A stretch of DNA of 64,000 bases from Camelus dromedarius (Eukaryota). The stretch spans positions 96,536,001 to 96,600,000 of the forward strand of contig NC_087472.1 in assembly GCF_036321535.1 (NCBI RefSeq). The letters are read 5' to 3'. Positions 13,740 to 27,735 of this stretch are shown here, piece by piece. The position numbers and the translations under genes are program-made. The notes under the pieces are model-generated. The model was not told the DNA's origin. It searched no databases and worked only from the letters and a program-made list of their open reading frames with translations. Each line of letters opens with the position of its first letter. The stretch's first letter is position 1.

Positions 13740-15590
13740 AAAATAGTATAAGGATGGACATACAGATCAATGGAATAGAATTTAGAGTACAGAAATAAAC
13801 CCCTCACATTTAAAGTCAATTATTTTCAGCAAGGGTGCCAAGAACACTCAATGGGGAAAGAAGAGTCTTTTCAACAAAAGGTGCTAGGACAACTGAATTC
13901 CACATGCCAAAGAATGAAGTTAGCTCCTTACCACACACTAGACACAAAAATAAACTCAAAATAGATCAAAGGCCTAAACGTAAAGGCAATTCTTAGAGGA
14001 AAGCACAGGTGTAAATCCTTATAATCTTGGATTAGGCAACAATCTATTATATATGACACCAAAAGCATAAGCAACAAAAAAAGTTTACACGCTTGCCTCA
14101 TTTTATTGCACTTCAGACATTGTGCTTTCTACAAATTGAAGGTCTGTGGCAACCCTGGATCAAGCAAGTCTATCGGTACCATTTTTCCAACAGCATTTGC
14201 TTGCTTCATGTCTCTGTGTGATGTTCTGGTAATTCTTACAATACTCAAAATTTTTTCATTATTATTATATTTGTTATAATGAATTGTGATGAGTAATCTT
14301 TGCTGTTACAACTCACTGAAGGTTCAGATAATGGTTAGTATTTTTTAGAATAGATTTTTAAAAATAAAGATATATACATTTGGGGGAACATAAAGTTATT
14401 ATACATTAGCTTTTAACAGACTACAATATAGTGTAAACATAACTTTTATATACACTGGGAAACCAAAAAATCCATGTGACTCGCTTTACTGTGATGGTCT
14501 GGAACCATACCTGCAATATCTCCAAGGTACACCTGTATACATAAAATTAGACTTCATCAAAATTTAAAACTTTTGTGAATCAAAGGACACTATCAAAAAA
14601 GGGAAAACAACCAACAGAATGGGAAAAAAAAAAAAACAACCAACAGAATGGGAGAAAATATTTGCAAATCATATATAAGGGACTTGCATCTGGAATATAT
14701 AAAGAACTCTTTCAATTTAGTAAAAAGACAAATAACTCAACTTAAAAATGGTCAAAGGACCCGAACAGACATTTCTCCAAATAATATATACAAATGGCCA
14801 ATAAGCACATGAAAAGATGCTCAACATCATTAGCCATCAGGGAAATGTGTATCAAAACCACAATAGGATACCACTTCACATCCACTAGGACGGCTATCAC
14901 AAACTCACAAAAAGTATTAACAAGTAGTGGAGAGGATATGGAGAAAATGGAATCCTCTTACACTGCTGGTGGGAATGTAAAATGGTGCAACTGCTTTGGA
15001 ATAGTCAGTCTGGCATTCCTCAAAAAATTAAACATAGAATTACCATATGACCCAAGAATTCCACTCCTATATACATACCCAGGAGAAAAGAAAACATATG
15101 TCCAACAAAAATTTGTATACAAATGTTAATATTATAGTCCTAAACAGTTAAAAAGTGGAAACAACTCAAAAGTTCATCAACTGATGAACAGACTAAAAAG
15201 GGTATCCATACAATGGATTATTATTCAGCAATAAAAAGGAATGAAGTATTGATACATGCTACAGCATGGATGAATGTTAAAAACGTTATAGTAGATAAAA
15301 AAGGCAGTCACAAAAGACCACATACTATAGGATTCCATTTGTAAGAAATGTCCAGAATAGGCAAACACAGAAAGTAAATTAGAGATTGCTTAGAGTTGGA
15401 GGGGAGGGAGAGGGCTGACAGGAGTGATAGTTAAAGGGATTTAGATTCTCTATGCGGGTAATGAACATTTTCAAAAATTGATTGTGATGACAGTTGCATG
15501 AGTTTATGAATATATTAAAAACCAATGAATTGTACACTTCAAGTGTGTGAACAGCAATGGTATGTGTATAAAGCTGTTATGAAAAAAAAT
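13740..15590 (+). mobile_element. Older LINE-1 3' portion (L1MB-like) interrupted by a Tigger element
   Basis: ORF2 C-terminal peptide [18 protein letters not shown]...[11 protein letters not shown] followed by a typical L1M 3' UTR. Confidence 0.9.
14088..14535 (+). mobile_element. Internally deleted Tigger1-type DNA transposon (~450 bp)
   Basis: Both ends match recalled Tigger1 termini (...TTGAAGGTCTGTGGCAACCC..., ...CTGGAACC..GCAATATCTCCAAGGTACACCTG). Flanked by TA dinucleotides; the L1 resumes on both sides. Confidence 0.8.
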
Positions 15591-17572
15591 TTATTTCAAC
15601 ACCTAAATTGAATCTAGGATCAGAAAGGAATGCCTAACTCCCGTTCATCTCCTACCTAACTGTTCTAATTAAAAGACATGGGAGATGTCAACAAGATCTA
15701 GAGTGACATCTCACTGACCATGTTAATATCAGAGGCACCCTAAGAATATTTTATTTCCTGCAGCTGTTGTAAGGCAGTGCCTGACTCATCAACACCAGAT
15801 CTTCTCCAACTTTCCCTACTGTACAAACTGATGTTTCACAAAATAGTGTCTTGGCTATGAAGCTGCAAAGTGAAACTCTAGGAGGGTGAAGACCAATGCA
15901 AAGAAATTAGGAATGTCTGGCAGCTGTCTCAGATTAAAGGAGAACTAAGAAACAATCTGAGTAACAAGGGGATGATTCAAACACTCCACCTCTTGAGAGC
16001 CAGAAAACTCAAGTGCCATCAAGCAGTAGCACCATATCTAGCCTGACCAGAACCAAGTAAGAGCCAATAGCTACTGGTAGAGAAGAAATGTGTCACTAAT
16101 ATCTTGGATGAGGTATGATGTCCACAGACTTTCAGATACAGCATTCACGTATTCGTTCATTCAGTAAATATTTCACATCTAATATGCCACAAGGTTTGAT
16201 GGGAAAGATATGTAAGTAGCTAAGACACAATAGACAGTTCCTCCCCTGAAGAAATATACAATCAATTTAGAAGCAATCATAACATCTAGATTGCAAAGAC
16301 CAGATGGAGAGGTCACCTGACCTCAAAGGCATCTATACGGTGACAAAGAGCATTTGTGCACCACCATGACACTATTACTTGCTACTTTGTCATCATTTAA
16401 AATGAGACCTTCAGAGGGAAATCTGCCAAGATGGATACTAAAAACTTTGTAAAAACTGTTTAGTAGACTCTGAGATTCAATGACTTACTGAAAATTTTAA
16501 AGAGAAGATTTACACATCTGTTCACGTTCCCCTACTGTAGACTGTAAGCTCTCCAATGACAACGGTTTAATGTATTTTTTTATTTAGTATATATCCATAT
16601 CTGCACTACCTACAACGTCTGACACATAGCAGGGGCACAATAAACACGTGTTGAACGAAGGTGTTTTCTTCCTCTTTACACAAAGAATTCTCTGATTTCC
16701 AACATCTTAAGAACATTTAAAAGGTAATTCCTAAAATGCTGGTGGACTCCAATAAGTCACATTAATTTCCTGTATTATAACAGGTATTCAAGCAAAGCAA
16801 ACAGTCTTGTGAATTTATATAAGCAAATAGTCTGAGTTTTTATTTGTTTAAAGTTTAGTTCCTAAAGGCATAAGAATTTCCATACTGGGTCAGAATTGTG
16901 GTCTATCCAACTAAGGATTTTATCTCTGAAAGTGGTACCAAGAAATATACTGTAAGAAGACACAGCTGTCCTCCCAGACGTTAGAGGTGTGCTCCAAAAC
17001 ACCTTACTTTTCTTCAATAACCTGAGTCCATCATACTTAAAATCATGTTTTGGAATCATTAATGTTTCAATTCTGTACCAGAGTCCTTCCATGCTATCTG
17101 TTATGTAAATAGCATTTTACATATTATATAAGTAGAGTAAGTACATAAATATTATATAAGTAGTACTGTACAGCCACATAGAAGAATATAAGCAGTTTGG
17201 TTATACATTTTTCTCCAAGTCGAACTCCTTTGAAGTTTCAAGAGGGTTCCTAATTCTAACAAAGGCTCGTAACAGCCTAATTACAGCCTCCATGATTTCA
17301 CAAAGTTCAGTTCTATTCCCTTCTGTCTTTGTCTCTCTAGACCGAAGAAATCTCATCTTTCTATTGTGTCTAGAAAAATGACTCTACTCTGCATCATTTT
17401 ACTTTTCTTAATTTTGAGTTATCTTACAGGATCCAAACTGAAATAACAATAAAGGAAGGTCTATGAGAGTCACTTGAATTTTATAGAAGTCAAGAAAATT
17501 TCACCCCTGATGTAAGTTAGGAAAGACAGCCTTCAAAAATACCTCTGACAATCACTGTACCCCAAGACTTAC

Positions 17573-18142
17573 AGGAAATCATAAGGTAGTCCTCACAGTT
17601 GCTTTTGTCATCATCTTGCTGGTCCACGGGGATCCCATTGGCATCTATGACTGCTTCAGAGGCACAATCTGCCACCAACACTTCTTCTGACACTACGTCG
17701 GCTGTCAGAGGATCAGTGACGATTTCTGCCTCCACAACACTATCATGAACCACATGTTCAACGTGTCCAACGTCAGACACATGTATGGATTCACTCGTCA
17801 AGACGTGTTCTGGCATAGACATTGAGGCCGAAGTAATATCAGGAGCTAAAACATCATCTGGGACTGTGCAGTGTGCTAAAGAAACTTCTTCGGTTACATC
17901 TGAGTCCAGCACTTGCTCAGGAATGATGACCGTTTCAGATACATCTGCTTCTTCCATGATATCTGGGCACTGAACATCTTCTATAACAACGTCCTCGATA
18001 ACATCTTGGATTACAACTGAGTCTGGGTCATCAGGAACAAAGTTATGCACAGTTATGTCTGAATCCACAACATCTGAAACAAAAACAGTTTCTTGTACTT
18101 CCACAACAATTTGATCACCATCCATGTGTGCAGCATCAGCTC
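17573..18142 (-). CDS. ZFX: ZFX large acidic-domain exon (570 nt; [16 protein letters not shown]...CEDYLMIS)
   Basis: The translation matches the Zfx/Zfy activation domain. Acceptor tttttctttaag|GA, donor CCT|gtaagt, phase 1-1. Confidence 0.97.
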
Positions 18143-19639
18143 CTTAAAGAAAAAAAATTAAAATCACAAATTTCAGGTAGACATGCATGACTACCTCCAT
18201 TAATGTAAACGTTATTTAATTTCTACCGGGAAAACAGGCTAGCTCCTCAGTTTCCTCAAACATTAAGATAGATTAAAGAAATAAAGAGGGTATCTATTTT
18301 TGACTCATATGAGAAATAGAAAATTTTAATATAAGAACTTTTATACTCATCCCAAATCAATTAATAAATAAGGAAAAATAATAGAAAAACAAAGTAATCG
18401 TGATAGTCAAAGAAGAAAAATATTCATGAAAGTAAAAAACTAGGCTGACTAAAATTAAGCCAATGTGAACAGGTACTTAAGGGATGATAAAAATTAACAA
18501 GTAAAGCAACTTCAGGTGGCAAATATATTATTTTTCTTCATTATATGTGTTTGTCATTTCTTTCCTTTCTTACTCCACCTCTCAACTCATATTTCTTCTT
18601 CTTTTCATCTCTCCCATGTCTTCTTTTACTTCCCTTCCATTTTTTCACCTTTTTCCCCCTTTATTCTAGAACAATAGCCTACCAAAATCTTTCACTTATG
18701 ACTATGGAAATTTAGAAATTCTGAATCTAGAATATAAAAAGGATTGGGCCATAAATAGAAAGAAGGCTAGAAGACCACAGTTAAGGAGGAAAGACAACTG
18801 GTCAAGGAGCCTCTGTGGATAGTAAGCTGCAGAAAAGTGCACTCGCTCTGCAGCAATGGAAGGTGAGGTCAGTTGGAGCAGGCCCTGCCCCAGCATCACC
18901 AAGGTAGTCTGCTTCCATCCAGCTTCCTCCCATCCCCCCAGATCCAAGTTCCCCAGGCAGTTCCTTGGCATGTAAGAAACCCTACTCTAGTCCACTCTGT
19001 AGTTAAGGAATGAAGGTAGAGGGGTGAATCAATTGAAGCCCAGTGAGATTAAATGACTTCACCAAGATCACACAGTTTGCACAGATTTTGGTGCTCAGTA
19101 AGTATTACTCTGAATGAATGCCACAAATGAGAATCCAAATCAGATATCCTTGCCAAAAAACATAATGTAAGATAAAAGAAAACAAATCTGGTATCTTGGC
19201 TCCTAATCCAGAGAAAAGCAAACAACGTTTTATAGAAGTCTTACCTACAAAGCTATTCAGTCCATTAGTGCTTCTGGATGTGACTCAGACCAGGCTGAGT
19301 CCAAGCAGCCACCTAACTCAATGACTGTATGTCACTGGCCAGGCCCTCAGAAAGACACATGACTTTGTTTAGCAACACAAATAATCAACAAGGGCCAAAG
19401 AACCTTTAAAAATGTAGGAAATCTTAAAGCCAGTTAATAACCATTTTAACCACACCTAGAAATAATAAACAGTATGTTTGCTTTAATTCCTATAGAACTC
19501 TTACAAAATGCTTTATACTGTTTTCAATATTCTCAATATTAACATCAAGCAATAGATCACTATAATCTCCATTTTGCAGACATGAAGACAAAAGCATTTA
19601 GTGGCAAGCGTACTGGTTACAACATCTATATCAGAGAGC

Positions 19640-19830
19640 AGGGTTTGGACACTTATTAGTTTTGTGACCTTGGGCAAGTCATTTAACCTCTGAGTTTCGG
19701 TTTCCTCATCAGTAAAATGAGGACAGTAGTATCTGCCATGCATACCTCACAGGACTGCTGTGATGATCAAATGGGAATATATGGGAAGTGTTCTGAAAAA
19801 CTGTAATGAAAGGTTTCATTATTATTAGGA
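19640..19830 (+). mobile_element. MIR (others at ~9130-9320, 9830-10030, 12430-12660, 46975-47115)
   Basis: MIR core tgtgaccttgggcaagtcatttaacctctgagtttcggtttcctcatcagtaaaatg. Confidence 0.85.
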
Positions 19831-21032
19831 CATATGTAAATGGAGGCCCTGGCAGATTAAGTGACTTGCTCAAAGATAAACAAACACCATAAGTGTTAAC
19901 AATCAGGGCTAAAATGCAAAGCCTTCAATCTACCACTTAGCCCACGATCCAGGCTTGTCTGTGGCAAGATTAAGCTAGTAAATAGTGTGCATTTTTCTCC
20001 AAAGAGCTTAGTCTCTCTTCCAAGCACAGTAATTATACTTCATGTTCTAATGAAGAAAGAATCTTAACTTCGCATTTATCATTATCAAACTGAAATTACT
20101 CAACGTGAGTCAAAAGACTCCCAAATTGTTAAGAAAAATACACATACCCCACTGGGTTTAGAGATTAAAGAAAAGTTAAAGTTAAAAATCACCAATATTT
20201 AATTTTTTGATAAAGTTAATTGCTATTTCTTTAATATGCTGCAATATGGTCATTTCAAGTCCAATGGAAAACTCATTAACATTCTATTTATAAGGGTAAC
20301 TAGTTAGTGTGATATAAAACCATTTTACATTATAAAACCTAGCATAATCACTATGTTACTGGTACCATGGGTAATCTGAAATTGTGATCATTTTTCTATG
20401 TTTAGAACTTCATGAATTTAATTTTCCTTGTCCAATTTGGGGAGTGAGGTAAGACTCCATCTTCCTGAAGCAAATGCCTCTTTTGTGAGAGAGGGTTGTG
20501 AAAGCAGGATGGAGTCAGAATGCAGAGGGCCTTAGGTTTATACTTTACCTGCTGGGTAATGGAAAATAGAGAAATGACATGATCCATATGTTATTTTATG
20601 ATGAGTACTCTGGTGGGCTAGATAAACAAGACTCACAGTAAGGAAAATAATTTAAAAGTTACTGCGGACTAAGAATGAGATGAGAGAACTGGTCTACATG
20701 GAAGAAAGTAGAATGAAGAGAGGTAAGCAAGGAGCATTCTCAAAGGGAGAACTCTAACAGGACTTAGTGTTATAAGTGGGCAAGATGAGAATAACTAAAG
20801 TAAATATTAAGGTTTTAATATTGTTGCTGTTTCTGACAAGAATGAATGTTGGTTATGAGGGAGCCAAATTTTTAAGGCAGGGAATAATAATGTACTCACT
20901 TTAACATTTGTAGGCTTGAGAGGCTAATAAGACACCTAACTGTGAATATCAACATGAGTCTAGCAATTCTTCCTCTTGATAACCAACTCCAAATTTGGCA
21001 GTTGTTAAGTGGAACAACCCAAGTAGTTATAC

Positions 21033-21093
21033 CTGTTGCATCAAAAAATGAGTTTGGCTCTTGAGGTTGTAATTCAAGTCCATCTTCATCCAT
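21033..21093 (-). CDS. ZFX: ZFX first coding exon, coding part (MDEDGLELQPQEPNSFFDAT-G)
   Basis: ATG in strong Kozak context (gccATGg). The translation matches the ZFX N-terminus (DEDGLEL rather than the DEDEFEL I recall for human ZFY). Donor CAG|gtataa, 61 nt, phase 1. Confidence 0.96.
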
Positions 21094-21121
21094 GGCCTTT
21101 AATTCTCATCAGTCACAGCTC
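21094..21121 (-). other. ZFX: 5' UTR part of the ZFX first coding exon
   Basis: Acceptor ttttttgcctgatttag|GAGCTGTGACTGATGAGAATTAAAGGCC lies directly upstream of the ATG. Confidence 0.9.
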
Positions 21122-24100
21122 CTAAATCAGGCAAAAAAGTAAATCAAGTATTACTTTTTTTTCTATCATGTATTAAAAACATCATCATCATATTTACATT
21201 TCTGAAACCCTCAAATTATATGTCAAATGAACAGCTAAAAATAGATACAAAAATGTATCTATTTGAAATAAAAGGGAAAAATTAAAATTAAATTAAATTG
21301 CCAAAAACATAATGATACATGGGCATCTATATGACAAAGAAAGGTGGCTAAATCAAATAAGTCAACTTGGCCTAGACTTTTTGTTTGAGATACTGCTTAC
21401 ATACATACATCATACATACACACTGCAAACATCTTGGTGAATTCTGACATATGCCAAAATCTGTGTAATCACTACACTACCCAGATCAAGATACAGAACA
21501 TTTCCAGCACCCCAGCATTCTTGACTCCTCTCAGTCTGTATACTCCACACTACCACAAAGGTAACTGGTTTTACTAAGGTTCAACTTACACGCTTATTGG
21601 GAGGAAACCCCTGTACAATTTTCTTATTACTTCTCTAAATTTAATGTAGTCTGCTTTCAACCAATACCTTAAACAATGGTAAAAATTCACAGTGCATAAC
21701 TGCAGTAAAAACCCTTTGGGATTGGTGCCTAACTTAATGACCTCTTAACCAACCCTCCAATCTAGAAGTTAACTCCCACAGTGTATTTATATTCTCCTGG
21801 CCATAGTTGATTGGCACTAGATATAAAACAGTAAAAATAAGTTCATCTTTGAGCACAATAAAATCAAAGTCCTATCCCTGAGAACCTGAAACCATAAGCA
21901 AAGGTCAACCTGGCTCTCTCTGTCTCTCTCTTCTCTCTTGGTGGCTGGAACACAGGAGCCAAGAAAGGCCATTTTCCAACTTCAGCTTAGACTAGTGAGA
22001 TAAAGTTTACAAATAAAAAATAAAAAGAATCCAGGGAATGCTCTGAAAAACAGAGTAGAGGGAGCAGGGAGAGGAGGCTTATCAATAGATTTTTAGCTCC
22101 TGATTCTAGACCTTTCTGAGGTCCAGCTACAAAACCTTGTCTGCCTTGAGTTTTTGCAAGCCACCCCAATGACCTTAACGCTCCCTTTTCAATTTAAGTC
22201 AAAAACAAAAAGAACTTAACCAATCAAATAATATACTACTACACACTAATCACTGCTTCAAAAGAGCAGACATCAAGGATTAGGGCTTACTCATGTTGTA
22301 AGTATTACTTACATCTCCTCCCTCATTGGTTTCCTTATCTCTACTTTCTCACTTTCTAATCCAACCTAAATGGTACTATTAGACGCGTATTTCTTTCATT
22401 TTCATCATTTTTTGCTGATGGTATAAGTGCTGCCTGTTGCTTACTAAAATTTTAAATAACAAGAGTCATTTTTCTAAAGCATCAGCTAGGTGATATCACT
22501 TCTCTGTTCAAAAAATGTTTATTGGCTCCATGCTGCCTCCAAATAAAGTTCAAACTCCTGCCATCGTCTAAGTTCCAGCTGAAAATTATCCTTCTATCCT
22601 TATCTTCTCTAACCTTTCCTCGAGCACCTCCCCCCTCACCACCACACACACACTTCAACCAAGCAAAAATGCCCAATGTCCCCGTAAGACCCAAACTGTA
22701 TTTGGCTCAGGGTTTCTTCTACCTGGAACACCTTTTCCCCAAACCCCCTTGCTCACACACAAAAAAGGAAAAGCTGAAAATAATCTCCCCTTCCACTGAA
22801 TTTCTTTAACACTTTATCCTTTTTCTTTAATTGTACTTATTTGTTATAAATTATGATCATTTATAGACCTTATTTTCAGATGCTAAATTCGCATACATAT
22901 TCCTTAACAAAATATCCATGAGAAACTCAATTAATTAATATTAATATAAAAAATGGATTTTCAGCTTGTCAACCCTGAGACATAGTCTACTCTTTTTCCA
23001 GAAAGAGCATGTTTCCTGTTACTTATTCAAAGTGCTTCAAGTTAAAAAGACTAATAGACAAAAAAATTTTTTTCAACTATGTAAAATGGAACATGTACAT
23101 GCTCTAAATAAATTGTCACTGCTCTCTCCTTAACAAAATCACCTCTGGCCATAATTCTTTTTCCTCCTTTAAAAATGTAATTACAAAATGATAAACGTAA
23201 ACTAATTTTCTAAGCGTAATGACATGAAATTAAGCCAATTTAGAAGGCAATAAATGGGATTCATTAAGGCATTTAAGGCTCCTCTCTCCAATTTCCGTAC
23301 ATAAATCCAAACCCATCAGCTCTAAGAATTCTCAACCTGCACAGTAAGTCCTTTTCTCAGCTTTTCTATTATATTTTGGACAGATAATCAATCCCCTTGA
23401 TTTGGAGCTCCCTCCTTCCTCAGTTTAAGTGATGACCTATTTCTCTTCCCCCCTCCCATCCGCTGTTCACTCGCAGCCCTTCTCGTAACTGCAGCCTTGC
23501 CAGCCTTGCCAGCCTTGCCCGGGGCGCCACACTCAGCCCTCTTTTCTGTTTTCTCTTTATTCCAGGGTTTCAACTCCCACTTACACAAAGATGATTCCCT
23601 AAATCCACATACTCAGGGTACTACCCAACACTTCCACCAGGCTGTCTGCCCAACAGTTTCATCAGGAGGAAACCCTGCTTTCTCCTGACATGACCACTAT
23701 GGCCTTTTCCTTCTTCCCGGCTTATCTTCAGTCCGGTTGTCAGACCATGTCCATTCCTTCTCCACAACTTCTCAGAAATCTGTCCCTTATTTTTATTCCC
23801 ACTGTCACCATGCACTCTCAGCTTCATATTTCCTGATCCCCAGGGAACGAAAATAGCCTCTCAACTGGCCTTTGGCTCCTTTTTGCCACTCCCACAACAA
23901 ATGACCAGGAACCTACAAATAAGGGCTGGTGACAAACACCAAGGCATTCCTGCAATTCGTGGGCAGACGAATCCTCCGAAGCACTGCTTTGATCAAGGCA
24001 CGCCCTGCTCAGAAAGCTTCAGCAGTTCCCCCAAATCCGGGGTGCTCTAAAATATTAACCCAAGCTATCGTAACAGACTTACTTGTTATTATTCCGATCA

Positions 24101-27100
24101 TTTTACATCATGTCCATTTCTTAAGAGACATTCTGGCCCAAATGGAAGGTGTCCACTTACCTCATTTTGACTCAGGTAAGCAGTAACTGTTCAAAATACA
24201 GTTTTGACTGGTTATTTTCCCTTCTATTTTGTCATTATAAAAACTCAAATCAGGAAAAATGTTTTGTACTTCCAAGCAGAGATGACTATACTTCGGCTTC
24301 ATAACCCCTGTGGGGAGAATTAGAAGTAATTCTCCCTGAAAATCAGAATAAAACCAATGTTCAAAGAATGGAACGTACTCGGGAGAGTTCTCTGGATTGT
24401 GATCAAGTAACTGGGGAGTGGACGCTGATAATGTAACTGAAAGTGCTCCTACCTTTGCTGTAAGAACCATGCCCAAAGACCAGGTGAATCTGAAGACAAA
24501 TAAGCAGATTGGTTCAGAGAAGCAAGATCCTAACAACTAGGGTAAACACATACTAACGTTTAATCTGATTATCAAATGTCCTCAAAATACTTCTGGGACC
24601 CCACTCTCACCTTAAGCTCAGTAAAACATTCCCTGCCCGGATACAGGAGTCATGATTCTGAAAATGCTGTGGAAGAATCCACAATTAAAAAAAAAAAAAA
24701 AGTGCAGTTTTAAGGGAAATAACAGGTTGAGAGAAAACTCAGGAAATTCATAGTAACTTTCTTCCAGTCTTTAAAATAAAGCAATAAAAATACCACATCA
24801 AGTTAATAGATACAGCAACAGCATTTTATCTATCTTAAATTAGGAATAATGAATATAATTTATTTCTGTTTTATATCTCTTGATGCCTAGACACTTTCAT
24901 GGTCTCCCTCGTGGACAAGTTAACAGAGTGCTTAAATATTCACTTTGTTTTTTGCAGCTAATATGCACACAAGAATCGTATGCCTTTTAATTTTATGACT
25001 TGACTATCCTCTCCTTAAGCCAAGCTAAGAGAACCAAATGATACTATACACAGTAGATGGAATTGTGCAAGCTATAGGAAAGGCAAACAAAAGCAGATCT
25101 GTCTATAACAGAATTTTTCTCAGAGGGAAATAGGAACGGGTGAAAATTTACATTTAAAGCCCAGTTGACATCTTCCCTCTTAAACTACATTTCTTTCCCG
25201 ACTTTTCCGCATATTGTTCAATGTTAGCCATCATTTCTTCAGATATCTGATTTTCAAATCTGGAATTCTATTTCACTTCTTTTCACCAATTCAGCCCTTA
25301 AATTAAGTATGTCTCAAAGCCAGTCACTCCGAAATTCATCATGTTCCCTATACTTTCATTGCTACCACTCTAACAAGCTCTGGTCATCTTATATCCAGAA
25401 CCCAGCGGGCCTTTCCCATTTTCTTCTGTTTCCATACTTTCTTCCATTTTCTCTGTCCATTCTTTTTTTTCCCCCCAGTGTTCACTCTTATTAGAATTTC
25501 TATTTTAGGATATAAGAACTCCTAAATCTAGCCTCCATATTGCTTAAAACTTTTTCTCCCGTATTTTCTATCTTTGCCTTTCTAGTACATTCTCAGAATG
25601 CCTAGACTTTTTTCTAAGCTAACTTCATCTTCATCTTATCTCCATCTACTGAAGTTTTACTTAAAAGATCATGTTTTAATGTCAATATAAACTTAAGTTT
25701 CTTTTTCACAGCAATCTTTTCTTTTTGGTAGATACTATATCTTATCAAATATCTCTGAGGGTTTAAAGTTTATTCTGTACAGTGTATTAAACTGTGTCCT
25801 TGCTGTTTCATTATTCATTGGGTTGAATTTGGTGCCTCTCTTTCAGACTGCTGGTTTTCCTCAAAAGTATGGTTCTTATAGGTTGTCCATTCTTATTTGT
25901 GGATGAGGGTCTAGGCTAGAGTTACATTCAAATAGCCGGGCTGTATTTCCTCAGCCCAAGTGAGAATCTTCATTTGCATAGCAATGAACTTAACTTCTGA
26001 CCAAAAGAGTCCTGTCTAGAATGAGGCCATGAGAGAGAAAGGAACCACTTAACCAGCCAGGCTTTACCTCACTATGGTGGACAATTACGCCACCTTGCAG
26101 GTACTGGAGGGCCAATATCCTTCAGATAGGTACAAGCTACCTAAAGCACTGTCCTGCACTTTCTTCCCACAGTATCCACTTTAGAATTTCCTATGGATGA
26201 ATCTACAATTCAGAGAGCTGAATTTCTGGCATCATCTCAGGAGGAAAACCACTAGAGACATCTATAATGATAAGTAAATAGCTTGGCTTTCCATAACTAT
26301 AACCTGGCTAAGCCCATGTCTTGCTCCTTCTCCTAGGACATCCCTGCTTTTGACAATGGGGATAATGCAGAAAGACAATTTGGGAGTGGTCCTTCCCACT
26401 TTCTGAATGGGGCCACAGGTTGACTAAGCTCTCTAGAGTTTTGCCATTAATTGATTCCCAACTGCTTTATTCAACCAGAAATTCATCATATTCTGGTCTG
26501 CAGGTGGCATACTTCTCAGGTTTTCTTGTTTCTCTGAATTTTTATACTTCTTCCTCAGTGTGATTTTGAAAGGAAAGAAAAATAAACATGTGTTCTCTAG
26601 CCTATCTTGAATTTGAAGTCATTATGAATTTGTACGTGTCAAATAAAACAGCATGGAAATAGGTAAAAATAAAAAACAGAAATTTAAAAAAAATAGCAGT
26701 GAAAGTTACAACTCTTATCAAGGCCTGACAAAGCAAACATTCAAAAAATAAGGAAAGAGATGTATATAATTAATAGTATTAATCTAATAGCTTTAATCCA
26801 AATTCCATTCCCTAAGAATAGACTATTTTATTTTCAAACAACCTTGCGGACTCTCTGTGTCAAGAAGAGGAAAAGAAAATGCTGAAAATGTCAGAGCCCC
26901 TGTCCTTCCTTGCCCTGTCCTACCTGGAACTTTTGTACACTTTGCTCAAAAACTCAATGCCAAGTTTTTGTTAAAGATTAGTTTTTTTCCACAAAACCAT
27001 TTGAGCCAATCAATAATTTCAAGGTTTTGTTTGTTTAAAGTGTAAGAGTTCCAACTTTCAAAATTTATTCAAATTTGGTCCTAAAATGACAAACCTTCTT

Positions 27101-27156
27101 AAAATCTTATTTTTCCAAAGCCCCTATTCATGTTCAGATTAAGGGTTGCCAAAATA

Positions 27157-27735
27157 CCTAAATGTCCAGTGATAGATAATGGATAAAGACAATGCAGTAT
27201 ATACATACAGTGGGATATTATTCAGCCTTAAAATTCTGTAATTTGTGACATGGATAGAGGAAGACATTATGCTAAGTGAAATGAGCCAGATACAGAAAAA
27301 AAATCCTGCATGATCTCACTTGTATGTGGACTCTAAAACAGTTAAACTCAGAGCAGCAGATAGTAGAATGTTGGTTCCCAGGAGTTGAAAAGGAGATATT
27401 AGGGAAGTAATGGTCAGAGGATACAAAGTTCTAGAGACCCCTCTATACAGCACAATGCCTATAGCTAACAACACTGTACTGTACACTCAAAATTTGCTAA
27501 AAGAAGAAACTTATGTTAAGGGTTCTTACCAATAAGAAAAAAAGACTACGATGATGACAGGGTGGGAGGAAACTTTGACAAATGATGAATGTTTATGGCC
27601 TTGATGGTGGTGATAGTTTCACAGGTGTATACTTATCCCCAAACTCATCAAACTGTATACATTTAATGTGTAAAGCTTTTATATTGCAATCATACCTCAA
27701 TAATTTTAAAAATAAAAAAATATTTAAAAATGTTT
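27157..27735 (+). mobile_element. 5'-truncated LINE-1 3' UTR
   Basis: L1 3' UTR motifs and an A-rich end. TSD gttgccaaaata at 27145-27156 and 27741-27752. Confidence 0.85.

Noticed and set aside
289..21093. Calling the gene ZFY or ZNF711
   Set aside because: [21 protein letters not shown] and [13 protein letters not shown] fit recalled ZFX better. A protein tree would settle it.
23492..23519. (CAGCCTTGC)3 short tandem repeat
   Set aside because: Simple slippage repeat in decayed repeat DNA. No spacers, so not CRISPR-like.
24453..24489. 37-nt minus-strand exon candidate with an ATG
   Set aside because: Plausible splice sites, but expected by chance in a 16-kb intron and with no other support.
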